A DNA stretch of 64,000 nucleotides, taken from positions 67,580,001 to 67,644,000 of the forward strand of contig OZ296657.1 of NCBI GenBank assembly GCA_965655095.1, read 5' to 3'. This document shows, piece by piece, positions 1 to 8,868 of the stretch. Positions within the stretch are counted from its first letter, which is position 1; every line of letters begins with the position of its first letter. This stretch comes from Haplodiscus bocki (Eukaryota). Both the position numbers and the translations under genes were made by a program. The notes under the pieces are model-generated. The model was not told the DNA's origin. It saw only the letters and a program-made list of their open reading frames with translations, and searched no databases.

Positions 1-477
1 TACAGCCCTTTTCAAGCCATCAGACGCAAGTCCTTGGCAAAATGCATCACGCAAAGCTTCGTCAGCAAAAGCAGTAGGGAAATTGCAATAACTAGCAATC
101 TAACGCAGTTCAGATAAAAAATCCGTTAGCGATTGGTTCGGTCGTTGTTTGGCCGAAGACAATTTTATTCTTTCAGACAGAATATTTTTGCCAGACACAA
201 ATTTGTTGGTGATGAAGGTAACAGCACGTGAAAACTCTGTTACACCAGCATCTTTTTCGGCTTGCGTCAGTTCTGGCCATGTTACTTCATTGTAATACTG
301 GGCAGCCTTATTACCAGCCCAGAGAAGAAACAGATCTAGTTTGTCGTCTTCGGCTGGCTTTGTAACGCGTATATATCTCTGAAACTGAGACAACCATAGA
401 TTAAAGCTTTCAGCATCGCCGCCATCGAATACTGGAGCATGTAAATTGAATTTGGCGGAAGGGGACGGGTCTGCCAT
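1..477 (-). pseudogene. gag: Ty3/Gypsy gag (element A), interrupted by a TAG and running off the window edge
   Basis: ORF 100..477 has PVFDG...WLSQF and ERIKL..AKQRPNQSLTDFLSELR. Reading through TAG(102-100) gives IASYCNFPTAFADEALRDAFCQGL, the usual Gypsy gag 'LR.LA..C.F....LRD.F..GL' pattern. Confidence 0.8.
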
Positions 478-1185
478 AGTGATTCAGTTGTGCCACACAA
501 ATATGTATCTTTTTATAACTGCGTTCGAGCAATATACCTTATAAGGTCTGTCAGGCAATATTTTATCCTTTTAATGAGAAAAACGCTTTGCCAACAGTGC
601 AGGAAGAGATTCCTTGGACAAAGCAACAGCAAAATGTATAGTTGCTTGAAAATTGTCGTGACCCGACTTAAACTGAGGAAAACAGGCAGTAGATCAAGCG
701 TATATTGTACATCATTTCAAGCAACTGAAACCAAGCAGGTTATGAAGTATGTAATGAATGTAACTTAATAAAGTGGTGAAAAGGCTATAAGAGCAGAGTT
801 TAATAAAATATGAAATCACCACAGTAGTTACGTATCGCCCCATAATATTTATTCCATGTAAAAGCACGTATCCGATACGTGTAATTCTGGTGAACTGATC
901 CTTATTGGGACGGAATAGATGCGGAACAAACGAATATTCACTGTATTTTCTATTAATTTTAGGTGCTACTTTATATAAATGGTCTAACTAGTTATTACAT
1001 AAATCCACCTTTTTGATTGTGCAGTAATCTATTTAGATTGACAGCTTTAACAAGTTTCAATAGTTCAACTATTAGAACAGACCTTGATTTTAAAAGTGAA
1101 TATTTGTTCCGTATGTGTTCCGTCGTAACTAATCTGGTGACGTCACTGGAATTCCAAGCCAATCCGCTGTGCTACTATGCTGTTT

Positions 1186-1359
1186 CACTTTGGACGGCCA
1201 CGGGACGTCTACGTAGCCACCAGACTCTTTCTCCTCAGTAGCACTGCGGAAAGCAGTGCTACAAGCGGCTACGTAGTCGCCACGGAACACTCCGGCCAAA
1301 GTGAGGCCTGAGCTGGTAGAAACGTGGAACAGGCTAGGATTTGCGCCTAGTTTGTTCCA
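1186..1359 (+). other. Cluster of nested inverted repeats (probable RNA hairpins) upstream of the element B promoter
   Basis: cactttgg(1186)/ccaaagtg(1296), ctacgtagcc(1209)/ggctacgtag(1267), gtagcactgc-GGAAA-gcagtgctac(1238-1262). A second stem tggaacaggctagg/cctagtttgttcca (1325-1359) has two G-U pairs. Confidence 0.75.
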
Positions 1360-1517
1360 AACAGTGGTTTTAATCGACGCAGCATGTAAGCATGAATCTT
1401 TTTAGACTATAAACCTTAATTTTCTATAATTTTAATTATTTTTCGACTGTATTATTGTATTTATTCCCTGTATGGAATTGACTTTGATCTTTTGTTTATG
1501 TTTTTATCTATTGTGTC

Positions 1518-1752
1518 GGCGCGGGAATAACCACTTTGATGTCCATTTCCGACGGATCGGACCGTACTTTTTCCTGTCGAAAGATGGGAAAGACGCGGTC
1601 CGTGAGGGAAGAAATGGACGGAAGGGTGTTTATTTCCCGCCAGAGTCGGCATCTTTTCTTTGATAAATAATATGATTAAAGTACTTTTCCCTATTTGTAC
1701 CTTGATCTGGCGTGTAAACAATAATGTTTCCCGCCAAGGAGAGGTATAAATA
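1518..1752 (+). promoter_or_regulatory. Putative Pol II promoter of element B: two E2F-type sites, a forkhead-type site and a TATA box
   Basis: TTTCCCGCC at 1633 and 1727, GTAAACA at ~1714, TATAAATA at 1745. All recur in the same order in the diverged copy at 12505-12624(-). Confidence 0.65.
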
Positions 1753-1972
1753 GGAGAAATGAAAGTACACTTATTATTATATAATTTGTAACCTTTCGGT
1801 TTTGTACCTTTTGTAAAATATTGCGACCGCTGAGTATTGTTGCTCTTTGGAAATTATCCTTTAACTTTTGTACCATTGAAACTTGATACCTCAAATCGAG
1901 AGGAGATTCATTAATAACAATAAAAGATAAATTCAGTCTTCATCGCTGAGAAGATTTTTCCCTTCAAGAAAT

Positions 1973-3617
1973 ATGGCAACGTTGAGAAACAAGAAAAAAT
2001 TAGCGGCAGTTTCAAGAGAAACACCTGAAGGCAATAGAGGGAGTAGAGGACGGAATGTACTTGACCCTGAGTCAACCCAGGATTGTCTCCGAGGAGATTG
2101 AAGGGAGGGTAACCAAGAAACTTTCTAAAGAGTTTAACAAAACGGAGTCACGTATATTGGGTGCTTTATCAAAACTTGACGAGTTGCTTCTTAACCCACA
2201 AGTTCGGACTTGTTCCGTAGCTCAAGGAGCGTCCAGAAATGCTAACTCAGGAAACCGAGAAACTCATGGGGATCCTTCCTTAAACGATCCTTAGCCCGAA
2301 GTGGGGTGTTTTTCTCACCACTCTGGACAACTCAATAGCCCAGAGACGGGAACCAACCCGCACATGTTGACAGGAAACTACTCTCACATGTTGACAGGAG
2401 TTACAGAAGAGATTCGTCACAATCCTCACACGATGACAGCAACTCAAGAAGAGATTTCCTTCTGCTCCCCTACAACCTCGTCAGGCAAACAGAAGAAGGC
2501 GCTCTCCACAAGTCAACCTCAATTTCGCAGTGAGAACACTCCCGCGACAATTCAAGCAGACCAGATTTTGTTGGCCCTCCAACAATGGGCGACGAACTCC
2601 AATTCAGCCAATTTCAACAACAATATTAGCAGAATTTCGAAATTGCCTAAATCTCTAACAACGACAATGCCTACATTTGATGGAAAATCAGAGAAATTCG
2701 AACTGTTTGAAGACCTATCCCAAACAAGTCTGAAAATCCACAATCAGCTGACGGAAGAAGACAAAATAAACTACTTCCACTCCCTCATGCGTGGTGATGC
2801 CTTACGAACTTTCAAAAACATCACTACCCCCAGTAGAGAGAATTTGGGAGAAATCCTGACTGTGTTCCGTAGAAAATAAGTGAAACATCAATCAATGGCT
2901 ACGGCAAAACACACGTTTCAACGGCTGGTCTTTAACCCTGCAAACCAGAAGGTAATCGATTTTCTAGATGAACTCCAGAAATTGGCGAAAGACGCATTCG
3001 GAGTTGCAGCTCAAGCGATCATCGAGCAATTCATCTATGCCAAAATGCCCCCTCACCTGAAGAAATCAATAAACCAGGCGCATTTGGAAAATGGCACGTC
3101 TGAACAGATTGTGTCGCATCTGGAAAGGGAGTTAGAATTAAATGGTTTGGAAATTCCGGATGAAATGCTCATAAACACTGTGACGCAACAAGCCCCACAG
3201 CAGAATGCTAACAAGCCCAGACCAACGTGCCACCATTGTAAGAAACCAGGTCACTATCAAAATCAGTGCCGTCAACTCAAACGAGAGAAAGACCAAACGC
3301 GAGCTAAAACAAATAGTGCCAATAACAACAAAGGAAGTGCCCAAGCAAACTCTAACCCCAATAACAACAAAGTTGCAAACAATGCCAAAGGAAACAATAT
3401 AAATAATCAAAGAGACAGAAGATCTAGACCTGTCTTCCTACCCTGTGAGACATGTGGTAGAACTAACCACTCCACAGAGAAATGCTTTCTTGGAGCAAAT
3501 GCGAATAAACCGCCTCCACGAAATAGACGACCGGAAGGACAGAACCAGAGTCAGCAGAATAATGCTCAAAACAACTCAGATGGAAATGTCCAAGCTGCAG
3601 CCCAAGCTTTAAACTAG
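1973..3617 (+). pseudogene. gag: gag of element B (frameshift near 2075, stops at 2292 and 2878)
   Basis: ATG 1973 MATLRNKKKLAAVSRE; MPTFDGKSEKFELFEDL; two zinc knuckles, CHHCKKPGHYQNQC and CETCGRTNHSTEKC. Confidence 0.9.
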
Positions 3618-3661
3618 AAATGCCACGCCTTCACTCCGGAGCTGCATGTGACAGACCGGAG
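3608..3661 (+). other. -1 ribosomal frameshift signal at the gag/pol junction
   Basis: T TTA AAC (3608-3614) is in gag frame directly before TAG. The -1 frame (ttt aaa cta gaa atg) is the pol frame. Downstream ctccgg/ccggag and atgc/gcat pairings could form a pseudoknot. Confidence 0.8.
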
Positions 3662-6600
3662 ACAAATAAAAAATCTAAACTTCCACCAATTCCCGAGGTT
3701 GTCTGGCAGGAACCTACGGAGAACGACACAAAACAAGATAACTTAAATAACACTAATAAAGACTCAACTTTAAAGAGAAATGTAGCAAGTCAAACATCGC
3801 CACCCAAGGGAAACCAACCACAGAGCTACGTGGATACCACGGAACAACCTCCAGGAAATCAAACAGGGAATGGGTTAATACCGTTCCCTCACTGCTCCAA
3901 GAATTCTACCAATACCCTAAATGCAGAACAGCACGCAGTGACTACCCCTAAAGGAGATACAACACCTTCACCCCTCACTACTGCAATCCCACTAATTGAA
4001 GAAGGGCTGGTGCGAGACGAACAAACAAATGAAATATATCTCCCATTAACGTCCACAGTAGTCCTGAAACGGAAGCAAGAGATGCTATACGTGCCTCTGG
4101 ATTTTGAGAATAACCTGACGGTAGATGCTCTGGTGGACTCAGGAGCATTTGTAAGTGCAATTGCCCAGGATGACTTGGAAACAATGAAACAGAAAGCCCC
4201 AAATAACATTCTCAAATGCGACGACCCTCCCAATTTCCAAAAACAAGTAGCCAATGGCCAGTTAGAAAAACCATTATCAACAGCCACGCTGAAATTTGAA
4301 ATTGGAGATAACTCCTTTGCTGAACACTTCGTCGTAATGAAGAAATTAACAGGTCCAATAATTGGGTCGCATTTTATAAGGAACAACAGTGTAGTCATTG
4401 ACACGACACACGGCCTCATACATTTCCCCCACTTGACGATGCAAGTTAAAACAGCCTCAAGTGAGCCAACAACCAAACCACAACCAGTCATCACCGACGA
4501 AACCCTGATTATACCACCAACGACAACAAAAACAATCACAGCCTTCATTGGCCATCCATCGAAATGGAATGCAACGGGCACTGTGACGCCGTTGGAGAAG
4601 TTTACGGAAACAGCAAGTTTGCTGATTTCCCATTCCATGTCAACAATAATTGACAAGAGAATAGCAGTCAGAGTGACAAATACAACGGAATCAGTATATC
4701 TCATCAAGAAACACACACAGATTGCAGAATTCTCCGTGGTTACTCCGGAGCAATCTAAACACATCAAACCAGTAGATATGGCAATCCTCAGTATGATTCC
4801 ACAAGATGACCCTGACCTGACTGCTCACCTAAACGAACTCCTCAGAACAAACAAACCAGAGCAGCAAGACAACACGTTCTGGTTCCCAACAACCGACAAT
4901 GCTGGAAAGCTTGAGGATCATACCCCAATACAGACAAGAATCCTCAAGGAACTGAATGAACTCAAGCACAAAGAAAAACTTAATCCACAAGAGAGCACAG
5001 AATCTCGAAACAAATTTCTCAAACGTTTTGATTGGACTGATACGCTTCTCACAGAAATAGAAAAACAAGCAATTGAAGATATTTTGGTTAATTATCACGA
5101 CATTTTCGCCAGACAGAGAATGGATATTCGGATTAACACGGAGTTCAAGGTGAAATTAACTCCGAAAGACGATAAAGCTGTATCTAGCCAAAGTCTACCA
5201 ATGCCAATCCAACTAAAAGAAGACCTATTTGTCGAGCTAGCTTTAATGCATGAATATGGAATCATCACAGTACTGCCTTTTTCCAAGTACGCAAGCCCCA
5301 AACTTGCACAAAGGAAGCCCAACGGGAAATTGCGTCTCCTTGTGGATCTACGGAAAATCAACAGTCTGATTGCAGATGACTATACTAACAACAATCATCC
5401 AGTTAGCACTCTGTCAGACGCAGCACAACACTTGGCAGGGAAGTAACTGTTCTGTAAGCTGGACTGCTCCCAAGCGTATCACTGTTTGCAGATGGCGGAC
5501 CAACGCTCAGTGGAAAAACTTGCATTCAATTTTGCCAGCAGATTTTTTGCCTACAAAAGACTTGCACAAGGTCTTAGCAGATCTGTGTCTGCTTTTTCAA
5601 GTTCCATGCGCGAGTACTTGGACCCTGTCGTCAAAGCTGATCAATGTGCTCAATACGTAGACGACATTGGAATTGCAGCCAATAATGCTACGGACTTTAC
5701 CCGGAACATCCGAGCAGTCTTCAAGTGCATTCGCCAAGCAGGATTGAATGTGACAATTAAAAAAAGTCATTTTGTAGTCAGACAAGTTGAGTTCCTAGGA
5801 CGAACAATTTCACCAGAAGGAATCTCACCACAAGCCAGGAAAATTCAAAATTTCCTTGGTAAACTTAGATTCTCCAAATCAAAAAGGCATTACAGCGCTA
5901 TCTGGGTTTCGTGAACTACTAGAGAAATTATATTCCCAGAATGGCTGAAAAACTCAATCCGTTCTACAAATTGCTAAAAACGGAAGTGCCAATCAACATT
6001 ACGTCAGAATTAAAAGAAACATTTGATTCAGTTAACAAGGCTCTCAGTGATGCGTGTGAATTAGCACTGAAACAACCCATTCCAGGAAAACAGCTCGTCT
6101 TAATGACGGATGCCAGCTTCAGATGTGCGGGATATGCCCTAATGATTGAAGACAATCCCGATCAAAAAATACAATCGAAGCGGAAAACGTATGCCCCCGT
6201 GGCATTTGGCTCAAAAATTTTCACCCCTGCACAACTTAAAATGTCCATAAACTCAAAGGAATTTCTTGCAATATATATGGCATTTCTTGAGTTTGCACAT
6301 TTTTTGTGGGAAGCAACAAAGCCAACAATTGTCCTGACAGACAACAAATCAGTTACCCGTTTTTTCTAAACAAAGGCAATCCCACCAGCACTCTGGAATG
6401 CATGTGATTATGTTTTGCAATTCAGCTCTAAAATAGGACACATTGCTCGATTAGTCGACACTGCAGCTGACTTTCTCTCCAGACTCGAACTTGAAGTTAC
6501 GGAGAAGATACGTCTCAAAATCAGGGAGGATATTCATACAACACCTATTGAGGTGACAACCTCTTCCTCTGATGTCGCTGACGAAGAACAAATTTTCTTC

Positions 6601-8482
6601 ACACATGCAGAAGACGCTAAAGAATCAGAAGAACAAACCCGTGAACGGAAAGAGCAATCGCGACAAAATGCGAAGCAATGGGCCGCGAATGAAGAATTAC
6701 CCGCCTTAAAGACAAGTGTGAAAGAATTCACAAAGATCGACGGGAACACTACGTCGTATTCCATGAACGGAATTAAAGCAAATGCAAGAATACGAGTAGA
6801 GCAGGACGTTGATCTTGTGCTGAAAAACATGAAACTGAAAACCTTAGGCCAACCGTATGATGAACTGTTAATAATGACAGACTCACGATACAAAAATTAC
6901 AAAGCAAATGAAGATCGCATTATTCTTAAAGGTGGCCTACTGTTCAGGAAATATTTTGGAGAAACAAGTAGCGTCAAATACTACCAAAATCTCATCCCCA
7001 AGCAATTAGTTAAAGAAGTTCTACGCAGCCTGCATGGAGAATTTGGCAAGCACCCAGGAATTTTCAAAACAATAATTGCTTCAAGGGAAAAAAATTATTT
7101 CCCGAAAATGGCGCAATTAACCAGGGAGTGGGTCTTGTCATGTGAGCAATGCATTAGAGAATCACGTATAGATCGTAGCCTCACCCGCCCTCCCCTGCAA
7201 AACCCTAACGAACACATTACTGCGCCCGAAGATGCAATGCAAATTGATTTGGTGCCAGAATTACCGCCATCTGGTGGTTATGAAAACATTGTGAAATCGA
7301 TGGATGTGTTTTCTCGCTATTTATTCGCGTACCGGAAGCAAATCAAGACGCCAAAACAATTGCTAAAGTCTTAATTAACATCATGACTAAGCACGCCTAC
7401 TTACCCTTGACACTCATCTCAGATAAAGGTATAGCCTTTATGTCACATGTAATTAAAGAAGTCCCGGCGTCCTTGGCATTACTCTAAAGCACGCCACTAC
7501 AAAACACGCTCAAACAATTGGGCTACTTGAGTGATCTCACGCGTCAATCAAACAAGCATTGAAGATTGAAACAGGCGAGCGGAGATCATTGTGGCACAAG
7601 TACATTAAAATCGCAGTCTCAAACTACAACACTTCTTATTACACAAGCATTGGCTGTGAGCCAAGCCGAGTCTTTCACGGCAGAATTCCCTACAATATTC
7701 TGGATTTAAAGCTCGGAATTCGCCCCCAGCAACAGCCCATTCCTTCGTCGCAAATTGCCCAAGAAGTTCTTGAACAAACCGAGATGATCCACCAAGATGT
7801 TCGCAAGAATACTATGCAAGCGTATATTAAATACAAAGCGTATTATGACAAAAAGGCCAACGCTTCGAAACTTAAAGAAGCAGGTTACGTATATATCTTG
7901 CAGCCGAAAGCGGATCATCAAGGCAGCAAAATTCCATTCACAGAATTCCGTTGGATTGGCCCGTACATTGTCGAAAAAGTGTTACCAAATAACAATTATC
8001 TGGTACGAAAAATTGGCACCAACAAGACGCAAGTGCTCCATCGAAGGAAAATGCGTCAGTTCACACCCCGCCAACTACCAACTGACATAACGGTCAAGCC
8101 GCACGAATATAAATCCGATCCCGAAGTGAGTCTTAATCACGACGATTTATATGCAAGAGCGTGGGAGTATGATTTTGAGCAGCCAATTTTTGACGCCGAG
8201 AACGATAATGCGGCGCCACCCAATCAGCGAGAAATTCCAGTACAGTCTGATTTTTCAACGGAGGAAATGAGGAACACACCAGGAAATCCACATGTGTGTT
8301 CCCCAGAGATTTTCCCCAATACAGACGAAGTTAGTGACGTAACAGACACGTGTCCACATATGGAACCTGATGTAGAGACAAGTTTGGAACTACCGCAAAG
8401 TAGTCCGACCAACCCCGGCAGTTCCAAAAACAACTTACGTCACAACCCGAAGCCTAACTGCAATGACGACTACAGATATTAG
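3608..8482 (+). pseudogene. pol: pol of element B: aspartic protease, RT, RNase H, integrase (several stops and frameshifts)
   Basis: ALVDSGA (PR); LRLLVDLRKIN and QYVDD (RT); TDAS...SKEFLAI...TDNK (RH); H..H..CEQC, QIDL, DVFSRY (IN); WIGPYIVEK (GPY/F). Spread over ORFs 3620..5446, 5486..5914, 5941..6369, 6415..7374 and 7559..8482. Confidence 0.95.
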
Positions 8483-8868
8483 CTTGTCCGCGCAACAAGT
8501 GTGTTCTACGTAGCGCGCACGTAGCCGTCCCACAAATTCAACGAACGCGCTACGTGGCACATAAGTGGCAGCCCAAATCTTCTTACATACCTCAACTGTG
8601 GCTATTCCCTGGCGACTTACTCATCTGCTACACAGTAGGAACTAATCCAAAACACGGCCACTAATACTAAATTCATTGATACTCTTATTAATTCTACACA
8701 GGCCGACTTTATTCCATTGATATTTCATTATTCTTTCTTTTATGACTGGACTAACTGACTACATAAATGTCAATAAACAATTAAAAAGAGGGAGAAACAG
8801 TTTCACACCGCCGATGACGCAAACAACAGCAATAACAGGGTACAGAGCAATGTCCATATGCAACTCAG

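Noticed and set aside
1186-1359. Hammerhead ribozyme
   Set aside because: No CUGANGA core with correctly placed GAAA in either copy.
1472-1663. Small ORFs sharing VYFPPESA (also 12588..12902)
   Set aside because: The shared peptide is the translation of the conserved TTTCCCGCC promoter block; the starts and upstream frames are not conserved.
3889-4767. 292-aa minus-strand ORF and other ORFs antisense to pol
   Set aside because: Shadow frames of the A/C-rich pol strand, with no motifs or splice logic.
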